From the human T2T-CHM13v2.0 reference genome, Homo sapiens, in the NCBI RefSeq assembly GCF_009914755.1, contig NC_060925.1: a DNA stretch of 64,000 nucleotides. One strand, written 5' to 3'. The stretch's first letter is position 1, and every line of letters starts with the position of its first letter. This document shows, piece after piece, positions 29,418 through 45,696 of this stretch. Made by a program: the position numbers and the translations under genes. Under the pieces are notes generated by a model that saw only the letters and a list, made by a program, of their open reading frames with translations, searched no databases and was not told where the DNA came from.

Positions 29418-32400
29418 AATTGATGTTGGATTTTGTTTATGTGCATGTATTAAGATGAATACGTGGTCTTTAGCTTATTTAATAAGGTAAGTTACATTGA
29501 CTTTTGCATGTTAAACCAATCTGTATCCTTGGGATAAACTACATAGGTATGATAATTGTCCTTTCATTTCACTAAATGTTGTTAATTTTTGCCTCTATAA
29601 GGGATTTCATGTCTGATTTTGGTATCAAAGGCTGGCTTCAGAGACTCAACTGGAAAGCGTTTTCTTCAAGAGTTTGTGTTGATGTTTTCTTATGTTGGTA
29701 TTTTTGGTATTGGTATTTTTTTTGTTTGGTAGAATTTTCTAAAGCCATTTGGGCCTTTTGTTTATCTGTGAGAAAGATTTGTTTTCATTTTTTGTGCGAA
29801 GGTTTTTTATCTATACATTTAATAGATTTAAAAGGTTATTCTGTTTAGCTATCTGTGAGCTTCGTTAATTTTTGTGTTTCAAGGAATTTAGCAATTTATC
29901 AAGTTTATTGGCTACAGTTGCTTATAATATTCTTTTATTGTCTGTAGTATTCTCTCCTTTGTCATTTCTGATATTAATAATTTGTATCTTCCCTTTTTTT
30001 TTCTTATTAGTCTGGCTAGAAGTTTATCAGTTTTATTTTTATTTATTTATTTATTTTTGGCACAAAGAACTAGCTGTGGTTTAGGTCACTGGTGTTAGAA
30101 CTGCCTTCTTTTCTAATATGATCGTGTAGTGCTGTATGTTTCCCTAAAAGCACTGCTTCAGTTACATCTTACAATTTTGATGTTTTTGTTTTATTAGGTT
30201 CAAAATGCTTTTCTACTTTCCTTTTTGTTTTTTTCTTTGTCCTGTGGGTTACTTGAAGTGTGTTATTTAGTCCAAGTATTTGTGGACATTTCAAATGTCT
30301 TTTCTGTTATTTTAAATTTAATTCTGTTTTAGTCAGAGAACATATTTTGTATGATTTGAGTACTTTCAAATATTTTGAACCTTGTTTTATGACTGAGAAT
30401 ATGGTCTGTCTTATCAAATGTTCCATGTGCACTTGAAAAGAATGTGTATCTGCATTCTGGATGGAGTGGTCTCTAAATGCCAATTGGCTAATTAGTTGAT
30501 GATATTGTTCAAATTTGCTGTATCTTAGTGATTTTCTGTTTACTATCAATTGTTGTGAGCATGATGGTGAAATCTTTAATTATACTTGCAGATTTGTCTG
30601 TTTTTCCTGTGAGCTTTTAATTCATATGTTTTTAAAACTCTCTTATAAAGGTACAAAATTGTTTAGGATTGTTATGTCTTTTTGATAAATTGACCCCTTT
30701 ATCATTATGAAATGATCCTTTTTATCTTTGCCAGTATTCTTTACTCTGAAATCCATTTGTCATGAATATGGCTACACCAGCTTTTTTTGATTTGTGATAA
30801 TGTGATATATCTTTTCTCATCCTTTTGCTTTTAAGTTATTTAATGTTTCTCTCATTTAAAGTGGTTTTCTTGTGGTCAGGATATAGTTGAATCTTGCTTT
30901 TTTATCTAGTCTGACAATCTCAGCCTTTTCTATGGTGTGTATGGATCCTGATAATTAGTACATTATCTTTTAATGTGCAAATATAAATGTTAGTAATTAT
31001 AAATTAAGATTTAAGAATTTGAATAATTTGATAGATCCCATCAAGTAATCTTATTCCTAAAATTTCTATTTTCTTTATTTTTCGAACTTTGTTTTATTTA
31101 GACTTATTATTTCTAGGTTATCTTAGGCCACCAAGAAAAAGCCAAAATTGGGAAGTAAACTGGGACTACATTAGAAATAAAATGGCCTCCAAATATGAGA
31201 GATTATGCTACAGAGACTCCTGTAAAATTTTAGCTATAAAAGGGTAAAATGGAGAATGGTACCCACAGGGTCACAAACCAGAGTCAACAAATGTTGACTC
31301 CAGTGTTGCTTTCTAATATCTTCTGTTTGTTATTGATTTTAGACTACTTGCTCTTATATCACCTTGGGAGCTTTTAAGAAATACAGATTCCCCAGTCCCA
31401 TGGAATTTGTTATACCCTGTAATCTATTTTAAGGTAATGTAACTTTCCATGTGATTCTTAGATTACTCTAGGGTCAGAAATCATGGTCCTGCCCTACTTA
31501 TCTGACCACTTTAATCTCTGACTTTTCTGCCACTATCACTTTCTCCTACAGAGTCTTGGCACCATTACAGGAAAAAACCTCTGAGGATTAGTCAGGTGTG
31601 ATATACCTAGAATATTATACTAAACAGTCTTGACATGTATGGAGCTTTAGCTTTGACTGTGCTATATGTAACATTAGGTTAGTAGAGATCAAATCACCTC
31701 AAACCTTCACTTTTAACATTATCCTTCACTTCCTTTTAATATTTCTTAGATTGTGGAGTGAAGAACTCTGTCTCCCATATGGTTTAATTTAGTATGCTAT
31801 ATTATTTTTATTAAGCAAATTTGTGTGTCTGCTGTATACTGGGTAATAATGGTCATCACCTTTCTTTCAGAGAAAGAAGTAGCTTTTAAACAAGTTATGC
31901 TCTCCTCCCCCAAAAAGTCACGTTAATTCTACATGATTTTTTTTTTTCAGTTTTCGTGGTTTGATTGGTTCCAGTGTTCAATTAGAATGTACTTAAATTT
32001 ATGTTGCCTAATTCAAATAGATTAATGGGGATGAGGCAGAGTAACTCACAATAGAACAAACAGTTTTGAGTTACTTTGCCTTATCCCCATTAATTTTATC
32101 AACCCATACCTTTTCATAATGATCATAATTTTATTTCTGGCATAGGAAAATAAGCCAAAAATATTAATGGATTTAAAAAGCTAATATATAGGGTATGTAA
32201 AGATCAACAAATTATTTTAAAGTAGATATTAAAATGTCTATTGTATAGTAAATGTTCAGTAGTCTGCAAAATAAAGAATATTCTACTTGAGAATTTTTTT
32301 CTTACACTTGTTTCATATGATTAAAATTCAGTAAAACACAATTAAAACTCAAATTATGGTCAAGCATTAGTTTTTGTCGATTGATAACAACTGTCCAGCA

Positions 32401-32687
32401 TTTTACTGGTCATTATTGAGAATATCAATTATCATTGCATTGTGGGCATGTTGAAGTGTCACTAGTAAAGAATTGTAGTTTACAGGATCCTGAATAATGG
32501 TTCTTTTTTGTTACACAAGACAAATGCAAAGGAAGACAGTTTTTGGAAATCGATGTTTAAAAAAGAACATCTTTAGAATATTAATACCTGTGACTAATTT
32601 TTAAAGATTCATGAAAAATACAAATTCAACTGAAAAGCTATAACAGTTTCTCAGAAGATACAAAGCTGTAAAATATAAAAAGTTTTA

Positions 32688-32998
<311 letters not shown>

Positions 32999-33589
32999 TT
33001 AGTCTTAACAATGGGTAGTGTACAATCTACTTGAACTTCAGTTTTTAACTAGTAAGCCAGGACTGGAACTTGTAGTTTAATCAGAATTTCTTCATATATA
33101 CGTGAATGTTCCTAGATGAATATCTTTAACATGGTTCTTGAATTCTTGGTTGTACCCCAAAAATGGTTTCAGTTTAAAAGGGTGTGGGGCAATGACCATG
33201 ATTCAGAATTAATTAATGTTGCATTTTCACAGGGTTTTGTAACAGTTTATGCTCAAGAACAATGTAAACATTTCACTTGTGCTTTCCATAATGATGGTAC
33301 AGCATGCTTTAAAGAGGAACTGACTAGCCTTAGGAGACGTAGTGGTTGGTGGCGAGCAGTGAGGAAGATGGGAAATCCAGTTAGTCCAATAGAATCAGTG
33401 CCATGAGTTAAAGGGTAATGGATGTGATGACCAGAATACCCTCACAACTAGTTTATACCATTACGTTGTTTTTCACAGATCTAAGGTATATCTAAAATTC
33501 CAATTAATGGGGTACAATTAATTAGTTACATGGAAAAGATAATATTCTATATCTGTCTTCTTAATAAGCCAACAGAAATGCCCTCTAGA

Positions 33590-33757
33590 ACACCGATTCT
33601 CAAAGTGTTCCTGGACCATCATATCAGCATTGGGAACTGGACTGGCAAATTCTTAGTCCTTGGAATTAGTAGCTAGGGAATGTGGGAAGGCAGGAATTTG
33701 TATTTTAACAAATGCTCCAAGTAATTCTGATGCATGCTCAGTTTGAGAACCACTGCT
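33590..33757. mobile_element. MER5A-like hAT-Charlie
   Basis: ttctcaaagtg...tgtattttaacaa...gtaattctgatgcatgctcagtttgagaaccactg. Confidence 0.7.
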
Positions 33758-34659
33758 TTAGAATATGATGCATATCAAACTCCAGTAAAATAATAGCAAG
33801 TTTTCAGCATTGCTAATTCTAATTTTCAACAGCTGCTGCATTAGGTTTTCGTTAATGATACCCAAACCCAGCTGGAGTTGAATCCTAGTTACTTCTTATT
33901 CTTTTTACTTACTAGTGAGTGGAGCACCAGGTGCAGTTGTTGAAGTGTGAAAATAATTTAGCTTTGTAGACAGTTCTGGCATTTCTTGATTTTGAAAATG
34001 CTTTAATCTTCTTGGTATGATATTTCAACAATCAAAGCACATCTATTTTAATGGCAGTGTGGACTTGTGCTAAGAATTTAAGGAAATCTCTGAATTATTC
34101 CTACCAGTTTAATATCAAAATTAATATTTTAGCTGAATTACAAAGCTTATATATAATTTACTCCTATTTTATTTTTCCACCAGTATGTGCATTAAAAATT
34201 TTTTAATGTCTTCCTGAATAATTTACTTTCAACCTTTTTCACATCTTCTACAATATTATGTTTAGTTTTACTTTGGAAAAAAATGCTAGCAGAGATTTTA
34301 GTTAAATGCATTCTTAGTAGTAAGGTCCAGCTGCGTGCTTTGTGAGTTGCAAAACTCATGAGTCCTTCAAAAAACATTTTAAAGGCATGTCAGTAAGACA
34401 TGAAACTAGCATTTATCTGCTGCAGTATACTTTGAGTATTTACAAGTGGACAACATGGTCAAAAGCACTTAAAATGTTTAATAGATTAGTACATGATCTT
34501 GCAGTGATAGTGCAGATTTGTTTTTGGTTGTATTGCACATATGTTATAGGTAATGTTGGTAATACAGATATTTAGAACCAAAAGCTGATGAATTCAAAAT
34601 TCTCTTTTGATGTTTAAAAATAAAAATAAAGTGAAAAATAAAATTCTCTTTTTTTTAAC

Positions 34660-34860
34660 TGTGTACCTTCATGATCTCATTTACTCCTTTTACATCAGCT
34701 GATGCCTTTGTGTTGTGACTCTTAATTTCTATCTTTAGTTCAGAACTTTCTCCTGAGATGTATATCTTCTGTAACCTACATATTACTACCTGGATGTTCC
34801 ATGGGCACATGAAACTCACTGTGTCTGAAACTGATAATCCAAATCTCTCCCTCATACTAA
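34660..34860 (+). mobile_element. L2 fragment
   Basis: gactcttaatttctatctttag...tcctgag...cctggatgttccatgggcac...aaactcactgtgtctgaaactga. Confidence 0.55.
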
Positions 34861-35324
34861 CCCTGTAAATACATATGGAATCAGAGTTACATTAATAGCC
34901 TATTTTTCATTATTATAATAGGTCAAATAGCCTATTTTGGCCATTACCCTAGATGTTTGCACAGGGCTTCATTCTCCATTGAAATTCCTTTCTAATATTT
35001 CTGAAACTCTTCTAGAGATATCTCATGTGGGTTTTTTTGTTTGTTTTTTAAAAAGCAGACTCCCCTCTACCCATAAGAATCTGCTTGGTTACCTCCTTGT
35101 CCATAGAACAACTATCTCTAATCAAGCATCATCATCTCTGCTGCTTCCCCAAGAGGAAATGCCAGAAAGTATGGGAGCCTTCATGGTGCTAAGATTGATG
35201 TCACATTTCATGTAGAAATGGAGAAAGTTCTCTTATGTCCTCAGTAATGTCATACTTTATCACTTGTGAACCTGCTTTATGTGCCTGTGTGAAGAAATGG
35301 CAAACTATATACCAGCTATTCATG

Positions 35325-35677
35325 CATTTCTTCCTCTAGTATGTTTTTATTGCTAGGAAGCAACTGCCCACCAAGGATTAAATTTCTCACCACAACCCCT
35401 GCATCTAGGTAGGGCCATATGACTAGTGTTTGCCAAGATAATTAAGAAATGGTTGTGCTTTCTGCACTCTATCGGCCAGCTGGATCAAAAGACTTCAAGG
35501 TACTGTGGAGAATGGCAAAGTCAGAAGAGGAAAGGAGCATAATTCCTTGAATTACTGCATAAAAGGCCGTCTGCCAACCAGAAACACTCATGTTGGTACT
35601 TGAGCAAGAACTAAACTTCTTGTGTAGTAAACAATCGAGATTTCGTTACAACAGCTGATGTTTCCCTAATTAATACA
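35325..35677 (+). mobile_element. MaLR LTR (MLT1I/J-like)
   Basis: gcatctaggtagggccatatgactag...tgagcaagaactaaacttc...gttacaacagc...ccctaattaataca. Confidence 0.55.
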
Positions 35678-36338
35678 GTGCCCCCTTTATATTACAAAGC
35701 CCTTCTTTGAAACAGCTCCTTAATCATTTCCCTGCATTCCCTTTCTCTAAAAACTCAAACACATAAATATCTGGAAATTCATGGGGCTGGGAGGGAACAG
35801 ATGCCACATTACATTCTAATCCAGAACTTTTCTGCCATTGTGCCCTCCCCATCCTATTCCCTAGACCTGTTAGGCTTGGATATTGTTCTTACACAAGCTT
35901 GAAATAAAGCCTTATGAAAATGGGCTCTTCCACAGACCAGCTACATACTTGATTTCTCAGTTTGAACTTCAGTGTAGACTACAAACTATCCTGAATTCCT
36001 TTCTTCATCCCCATTTGTTCTTCCTTCCCCAATTCTCAAATTCACTGAATGGTACCATCTTCCTCCTCAGTAAAGAAGCCTAGAGACAGTACCTTAGCCA
36101 CTTCCAATTCCGTCTTCTACTCTTGTCACCTAAGCCTCTAACCCATTAACCTATCTCCTTCCAGTCCCCATGCTTCTTCCTTACTGCAGTTGCTTTCCTT
36201 CAAGTCTTAATCCTCACTATGTCTTCAGGCCATTGATACTCAACTGTAAGCGTTATCACTCTATAAAATCTTGCATTGTAGAAGTCCCGCGTGGGTTACT
36301 TAAAACTCTTTAAAAAAATGGCTCTTTATCGCTTATAG

Positions 36339-38066
36339 AAGTTGTTCTGAAAGTGCAGTCCATGTCCCATAGGGATGCTTAAGACTCCTTTAGGGCTTTC
36401 ACAAAATAGTTCACAATCATTTTCATAATAATTCTAAGATGTTAGTTGCCTTTTTCACTAGTTGACATTTGTCCTTATGGTAAAAAGCATTGGTGGTACC
36501 AAACTGTACTAGTAGGCATTGTGTTTTTTGCTGCCTTTCTCTAACAGCCCAAACCCTCAAAAGCCATTTTCACATAAGAATGTCCGTCAGAAAGCAATAA
36601 CTTTATTAAATATTGACTATTTTGTGTATGTCCTTAATATTCTGTCACAATATATAAAGTACATCAAGCACTTCTGCATACCAGAGTACAGAGGTTGTCT
36701 TGAGGTAAAGCACTTGTGTGATTGAGTTGTGCTGTGGTTTGAATATGGTTTGTCTCTACCAAAACTCATGTTGAGGCTTGGTCCCCATTGTAATGGTGTT
36801 GAGAGGTGGTGGGACCTTTAAGAGGCATTTGGATCATGAGGAATCTGCTCTCATGAAAGAATCAGTACAGTCTTGAGGGAGTTAGTGAGTCCTCACTCTC
36901 TGAGGACTACGTTAGTTACAATGAGATCAGGTTGTTATGAAGCAAGATTGCCTCTCGTGTTTGCGCTATTTTCTGCATATGTCAGTTTCTCTTCTATTCC
37001 TCCATCATTTTTTGATACAGCATGAAGCCCTTACCAGAAGACAACAGATGTGGCTGCCCAGTCTTGAACTTGCCAGCCTAAAGAACCAGAAGCTAAAGAA
37101 ACTTCTTTATAAACTACCTGGTCTCTGTCATAGCAAGAGAAAATAGATTAAGACAAGTTGCAAGCTCAACAAGGCAATTTTTTTCATAGAACACTGTTTT
37201 TACTTGAAAGAATGATCAACACACAAACTATGTTTATTCAGACTTGTGTAGTTGGGAGATATTTTCTCAAAAATGAATGAAGTGAACTTGTCGCTGTAAG
37301 GAAAATAGTTGACAGTATTAGTTGCCAATTATAAAATTCAAAAAAACTTGTATCTGCCGCTATGAACATAACAGTTTCCCAATACTTAGACTTCTCTGAG
37401 ATTGGTGGTGTTATAATGAATGTGATTTTTTAAATTGTATAATTTTTATTATACAATTCTAATGTATTAATATTTGGAGGATCTGCATAACTCCGTATAC
37501 CAATATTTTTCAAATGACAGTGCAAAGTATATCAATATAACAGTATATATTCACTGATATGAACTTGAATAGTGTATATTCATTAATATGGTTTTCTATC
37601 ACATTGCAGTTAACTTTTAAGAAATTAACACTAGGTTTTAGTGTAGAATTGAAAAAGAATATTTCCAATTATTTGAAAAGGCTACTAAAGTACTCCTTTT
37701 CCAACTGTATCTATATGAGTCTGATTTTCTTCATTGACTCCAACCCAAATAATATATGGTAATATTTTGAATGGAGAAGCAGATATGAAAATCCAGTTGT
37801 CTTCTATTAAGCCAGACACTTTATAAGATTTGCAAAAATATGTTACACTAAATTTTTTTGCTTTTGGAAAATTTTTTCACAAAATCATGTCATTTATGCT
37901 GACATGTCATATTGTTATTTTAAAGTGAGTTAATAAATGTTTCTCAATTTTAATTACTAATGTGCTGTTGCTAGATGTAACCCACATAAACCAAAGCTCT
38001 TTGGTGTCCTTAACAATCTTTAAGTGTATAAAAGGTTCTGAGACCAGCAAGTTTCAGAATGCTGGC
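36339..38066. mobile_element. Charlie1-type hAT DNA transposon interrupted by an MST LTR
   Basis: Termini ttctgaaagtg...ttttcataataattctaagatg and aacccacataaaccaaagctctttgg...ctgagacc; internal ttttacttgaaagaatga...aaactatg.ttattcagactt transposase remnant. Confidence 0.75.
36730..37155 (+). mobile_element. MSTB-type MaLR solo LTR
   Basis: tgctgtggtttgaatatggtttgtc...aaaactcatgttgagg...agattaagaca; 5-bp TSD agttg at 36725-36729 and 37156-37160. Confidence 0.88.
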
Positions 38067-38295
38067 TTATAGGATATGGTTCATATTCCTAATATGGTGA
38101 TTAAGACACTGTGATCTGGCTTCTGCCCACTTTTCTGCCTTATGTTTTACCTTGCCCTTAATTTTTCTCCTATCTTCTAAGCTTATTAAGAACCACTTTT
38201 AGGGCCTATATGCACTCTACAGTGTTGTGCCTCCAAGGACTTTGCTCATGCTTCTTCCCTTTGCCTGGAAGGTTTCTTTGTCACCCAGAAGGCAC

Positions 38296-38327
38296 TTTTT
38301 TTTTTTTTTTTAAAGACAAAGTCTCAC

Positions 38328-38329
<2 letters not shown>
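38296..38329 (-). mobile_element. Stub of an Alu 3' end (poly-T plus agacaaagtctcactc)
   Basis: Reverse complement reads gagtgagactttgtct followed by an A-tail, the Alu 3' terminus. Confidence 0.7.
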
Positions 38330-38627
<298 letters not shown>

Positions 38628-39509
38628 CTAAACAAATACATCTGGGTGAAACTGAATAAAATAGGATTGTGGGAGAATAAGTAGGCATCCTACTCCCTTC
38701 CTCCCACCCAGTTGTTACTGGCCTGCTTCTCTCTCTATTTCTGCTTCTTTCGATTTTGTTTTAGCCTCGGGGTGAGTGGGTGGAGGGAGTCCAAAAACAC
38801 ATCTGTACTGTAGAGGAGAAATTGATAGCATAGCTTTATGGAACTTATCTCAGGGTTATGCAATCCAGAGGTCCCCTGATTTCAGCTCTCATCAGTGCAG
38901 GAATCCTTTTTCCATCATTCTTTGACAGGTCCTCATGCAACCTCTATATGAGTATCTCCAGAGACTAATAACTTACCACCCCCTAAACTGCCTGTGTCTT
39001 TACTTTGCACTACTAATTATTTGAAAGCCCGTTCTCTCTTGAGCCACAGTCATATCTTTTTTTCTGGAGTAATGCTACAAAAAGGATTCTGCCTCTTTTT
39101 CACAATAACTTTTCAAGTATTTCAAGAGACTGTTAGTCATTTTTATGGATTTTCTCTTAGCTAAGTGCACTGTTTTGTTTTGTTTTTTTTTAAGTTTTTT
39201 ATGTGGCATGATCCATCCAGCTCATTCCCATTCTGGAGTACTCTAGCTTTTAACGTGTGCCTGAAATGACACATAATAGCCCTGTGTGACTAAATACAAA
39301 TTTCTTAGGAACTGTTCCTTCCTGTGACTTGAAACATTAATTACTGTGTTTTGGTTAGGAGTATAAGCTTTGGTATCAGACAGATGAGGGTGTGAATTCT
39401 GACTTTTTTCCCCTGTAATTCATATCTCTGAGTCTAAATTCCGTAATGTTACCATATAGGATTATTGCAAGAATTAGGTGAAGTAATGTACATTTAAACA
39501 TGAACCGTT

Positions 39510-39844
<335 letters not shown>

Positions 39845-41154
39845 TCAAAGTAGAAGCACTTGTTACACTGATAATTATATACCTATTGGCACAGCCTAAA
39901 ATTGCCATACGTTTTTTTGCAGCTGCTTCACATTACTGTTAATATTATAATCATTATGCTAGTATATTTGTTGTTTATCAGCTTGTGCTACTACTCAGGC
40001 TTTTATGCCTTCTCCAATTAGCCATCCCCACATCTTGAAAGCCAGCTCTGTCCTTTTAAGGCTGAACTTACTCAGTGTATTTTCCAGAAGGTTTTTCTCC
40101 AATTCTTGGATCCAGAAGTATTTTGTTCTTACTTATGGCATTTGTTACAGTGGCATTTGTTCAATTTTGTACAAGATAGACTATGAAAATAGGAACAGTT
40201 CACTTGAGAAATTTATAAAGAGATGAGGGATGATGAGATTAATGTCTTAATAAAGCTCAAGAAAAAGGAAAAGCATGTATAGTTGGACTCCCCATTTTGT
40301 ATCAGCGTACTTATTTCAAGTGACTGAAATGAGTAAAGAAAGAAGCCTTGAAGTCAGCTCACCTATGATTTTTAACTATGATATTTTGTATTTTAAAAAT
40401 AGATACTTGGTGCAGGTGTTATTGGCAGACAGAAGTAAGAGGCTAGGGTGAACAGGCTATGGGCGTCTGGTAAAAGAATTTTTTTCCCAAAAATGCTCTG
40501 GGAGTTTCATTCCCAAAAGATGGATGCAGGTAAATCTGACTCTGGTCAGTACAATCAAGGCAAATTGGTGTTTTTCTAAACTGTGAATTGGGAGAGGATT
40601 CTACTTACAATTTGAATAATAGGTCTCATCTCTATACTTATTCTGGTACATTTAAAGAAAAACTTAGGCCCTATATTGGACCTACTTCAGACCTTACAAT
40701 CCATATAGTAACCCATAAATAAGTAAAACCTTTGTATGTTGTGATTTTTTTTCCCTATTCAAGAATGATACCTAGAATATTATACAATTACTAATTTGGG
40801 GAATGATATCAAGAATTATGTTGTTTTTGGCTTTGGTTGTGGTTTTTTATAACTTTAAATTTTGAGATAATTATATATTCACAGGAAGTTGCAAAGATAG
40901 TACAGCATGTTTTTCTTTTAAGCACCTGGAAGACAACCATCTTCTGTCCCTCTGTTTCACTTATTTACCATGCCTATTTCAAAGGAATGTTGCAGGAAAC
41001 AATTGCAAAATGCTTTTGCAATCCCAAAATAAAATATATCAAATAATTTTAAAAGGCATTTGCAAAAAAAAGGTAGTTCTATAATATTGTAGTGCTGTAT
41101 TTAACTATAAGGCTCTACCTCTTCCTATAATAGAAATAGACAAAATCTCAGACA

Positions 41155-41385
41155 ATCAGTATAATGTGGAACATGAGCTCTAGAGTCACATTGACCTGTA
41201 ATGGTATCCTGACATCAGTAAACAGCTGGTGATCACTTAAAGAGACTCAGTTTTCTTATTTAAATGGGGATAATAATTCTGCCTCTCATGATATGATGTA
41301 TATAAACCACAACACAGCATGGGTGTAACAGATGATATACATAAAACACTTAAAGCATAGTGAGAATTCAATGTTAGCTATTACC
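41155..41385 (+). mobile_element. MIR
   Basis: gagctctagagtca...tcacttaa...ctcagttttctta...aatggggataataat...aatgttagctatta. Confidence 0.6.
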
Positions 41386-41974
41386 AATACTATTTTTTCA
41401 TGTAGGTGATTAGTGTATTTCTCAGATTGATAATAAAAGAAGGTTATAACTTATAAGGATTTCACATTGTTAAATTAATGTAATAACTGTAGAAAAGTAT
41501 AGCCATAGCCAAGCTTGGCAAGTACATTTAGTAAAATATAACTCATATTCCTTTAACGTAGTAACCTTAGCAATAACACAAAAAGAAAAGAATTGGTGTT
41601 TTTTGGATTGATGGGGTATTTAATAATTACTTTAATGTTTTTATCTAATAGATCATCTCAGGAGCATTAACTCCAATATATTTTTAGTGAGAACCTTATC
41701 ACAGATGAAGTTGTGAAAGAAAATTTGATATTTATTTTGTAATGTATTTTCAGAATGTTAAGGATTAACATATATTTAATGTGGAAGCATTATGTTTGTT
41801 TAAAAGATGTGTCTAATAAGGGCCTACAAAAATTTATTGTACATGAAGATACTCAATAAATATTGTTAAATTGAGAATAAATGACTAATTTATAAACAGT
41901 TAAATATTTTATAATTTGTTTTTAATGTTATTATTAAAATGAACCTGTATTATAAGATCTCAATATTTGGTAAT

Positions 41975-44900
41975 TTTTTTGAAGTGAAACAAACATAAGT
42001 TAGCCATTTTACAGGGAACAATTCACTGGCATTTGGAACATTCACAATATTGTACAAGCACCATCTCTATCTAGTTCCAAAACATTACTCCAAAGGAAAC
42101 CCCATCACCGTTAATCGGGTGCTTTCCATTTCTCCCTCCCCCCATTCCCTGGCAACCACCAATATATTAATATATACTGTTTCATTTTTACCTATTCTGG
42201 ATATTTCATATTAATCTAATTATATATGACCTTCGGTATCTGGCTTCTTAGCATATTTTTGATGTTCATCTATATTGTATTACTAACATATATGAGTACT
42301 TCATTCCTTTCTATAGTTGCATAATATTCTATTGCTCTGTATATAGTACCACAATTTATTTGTTCATTCATCTGTTGATGGACATTTGGATTGTTTCTAC
42401 CTTTTGGCTATAGTGAGTTAGTGCTTTAAACATTTATAAGTATTTGAGTACCTGTTTTCAGTTCTCTGGGGTGGTATATACCTTGGAGTAGAATTACTGA
42501 GGTATTTGGTAATTCTGTTTAACTTTTTTGAGAAACTGCCAAACTGTTTTTCATCATGACTTCACCATGTTACATCCCCTCCAGCAATGTATGAGGGTTA
42601 CAATTTGTCACTTCCTCACTAACATTTGTTATTTTCCTATTCTTTTCTCTTTTTTTTTTTTTAAGTTTTTGGTTTATCTGTTTTTAATTATAGCCATCCT
42701 AGTGTGTATGAAGTGGTACTTTGTTGTGGTTTTGATTTGCATGTCCCAGTGACTAATGATGTTGAACATCTGTTCATGTTTGTTAGTCATTTGTATATCT
42801 TCTTTGATTATTGATTAGAGACTGTTCTTTTCTAAAGTCTGCATACAGTGCTGTAAATTTCCCTCTCAGTCCTGCCTTAACTGTGTCCCACAAATTTTGA
42901 TTTGCTTATTTTCATTTTCATTCATGTCAATGTATTTTTAAAATTTCCCTTGACATTTCTATTTATTTGTCTTCTGTTCTGTTTTTTTCACTTCTGTTTT
43001 CTCTTTCTGCATTCCTGTGGGTTACTTATATTTTTTTTTAGAATTGCATTTTGATTTGAGTTTAATGTCTTTATATAGTCTTTTTCATGCTTGTTTTACA
43101 TATTTTATTATATAAATGTCACCTGTCAGTTCACTGGTATCATTTTACCAATTCAGGTGAAGTATAGAAACCTTACCTCCACTTTTGTCTTTTTATTCTC
43201 CCTCACTTACAATGTAATTGTCTTAAATATTTGCTCTGCCTTCATTTAGAGCCACATCACAGAATGCCGTAATAATTTTGCTTTCTCTGTCAAACTTGCT
43301 TTTGAAAACTCAAGAGGAAAGGGAAAGTTTATTGTATTTACACATATTTTTACTCTCCATTTTTTTGTTTGTTCTTTCTGATGTTTTAAGATTTCTTCTT
43401 TTATCTTTTCCTTTTTGTTTATTTATAGAGTTTTTTTAGCCAGTCTTTTAGGGTAGGTCTACTGGCAATAAATGCTAATTTTCTTTCATGTGAGTTACTT
43501 TCCCTTTCATTCCTGAAAATTATTTTCTCTAGGTATACGATTATTTTATTTCAGCACTTGAAAAACATTGTGCCACTTCCTATTGGCTCCATGGTTCGTG
43601 ATAAGAAATCTGCTGTTAATCCAGTTTTCTCTTGTAGGCTTCATACAGGTGCATTCAAGACTTTTTTTGTCTTTTGTTTTCAGAAGTTTGATTATGATAT
43701 GTCTTGACATGGATATCTTTGGGTTTACCTTATTTGGAGTTTGTTCAGCTTCTCTATCTAAATGTTTATGTCTCTTTTTAAGTGTGTAAAGTTGTCAGCC
43801 ATAATTTCTTTGAGCACTTTTCAACCCTGCTTTCTTTCTCCTATTCTTTTAAGACTCTGTGACACCAATGTTAGATCTTTTGTTCTAGACCACAGTTTCT
43901 TGAGCTCTTGTTTGTTTTTGTTTCTCCTTTTCTTGGTCTGTTTTCCCACTGCTGTTAGGTTCAGTAATTTCTTTTGTTTTTTCTTTCAGTTCATTAAACT
44001 TTTCTTCATCTCTTCCATTCTGCTGTTGAACCCATTCACTGAGCTTTTTATTTTAGTTCGTGTATTTCCATTTGGTTCTTTTTTGAGACAAAGTCTCGCT
44101 CTGTTGCCCAGGCTGGAGTGCAATGGCGTGACTTCCGCTCACCGCAGCCTCTGCTTCCCAGGTTCAAGTGATTCTCCTGCCTCATCCTCCTGAGTAGCTG
44201 AGACTACAGGCATGCACCACCACGCCTGGCTAATTTTTGTATTTTTGGTAGAGACAAGGTTTCACTCTGTTGGCCAGGCTGGTCTTGAACTCCTGACCTC
44301 ATGATCCACCCGCCTCGGCTTCCCTAAATGCTGGGATTACAAGCGTGAGCTACCATGCCCGGCCTGGTTCTTTTTTTGTATCTTCATTTTCTCTACTGAG
44401 ATTGTATTTGCTGGGGCTTTCCATTTTTTTCGTTTGGTTCAAGCATGTTCATAATTGCTCATTAAAGAATTTTTATCGTGGCTGCTTTAAGTCTTTGATA
44501 AATTTTAACATTCCTGTTATTTTGGTGTTGGTCATTTCTTGATTGTCTTTATTCATTGAGTTTGAGATCCTGCTGGTTCTTGGTATGATGAATAAGTATT
44601 TTATAGAAACCTGAGCATTTTTGTATTATAAGACTCTGGGTCTAATTATAATCTTCTGTTTCCTTGCTTGGACTCCACTGATACTGCAGAGGTGCCTTGT
44701 TACCTGCTGTCTGAGATGAAAGTCCTGACCCTGTACTTGGCCTTCTCTGACATCACCCCATCAGGGATATTGGGCATTGTGAGGGTGGAAGTCTAGGCTC
44801 CCTACTTGTCCTGTACAGTTGGTGGGGGGGCCGGTTTTTCCTATGAAATTGGCTACTGTAGAGTGGTTATTATCTAAGCTTTCTATCTTGCTATGCTGTT

Positions 44901-45195
44901 CCTTTCCTGGTCCTTTGGCTACAGAGAATAGGTTTTTGTAGGGATTCTTTTGTCTGTACCTGTTTCTAGATTGCCAGCTTCTATAGCTCCAAGTCTGGAA
45001 TGTATGAGGCATAAATAAAACTTAGGGCAACTCAGCACTTTATTGTCCTTAGGTCCCAGGGGTTCCAGTAGTCTACTGTCTTCTCTTTTAGAGTCTTACA
45101 TTTGTTTCATGTATTGTGTGCCAGTATTTTAGGTGTACTCAGAAGGGGCAATAGTGAAACATAAGTCTACTCCATCTTCCCTTAAAGTGGAAGTC
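41975..45195 (-). mobile_element. Old L1 fragments (L1MB-like 3' end 41975-42810, then older L1M sequence)
   Basis: L1MB 3'UTR (ttcacaatattgtacaagcaccatctctatctagttccaaaaca), ORF2-end motifs, then T-rich degenerate L1 ending ctactccatcttcc...gaagtc. Confidence 0.65.
44079..44364 (-). mobile_element. AluS (Sg-like)
   Basis: Full reverse Alu; TSD tggttctttttt. Confidence 0.92.
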
Positions 45196-45366
45196 ACTGT
45201 TAGCTCTTTTTTATAGGATGATTCATATAACCATAACTTGTAAGTTTTAATGGTACCATATGCATCCCTGTTGACTATCTGGAAACCACACAAGAAAGCA
45301 TTTGTCAGTGTTCAGAATCTCTCTACCTTGCATATAGAAATTTATTTTGTTAGTCCCCCATGGTGA

Positions 45367-45696
<330 letters not shown>
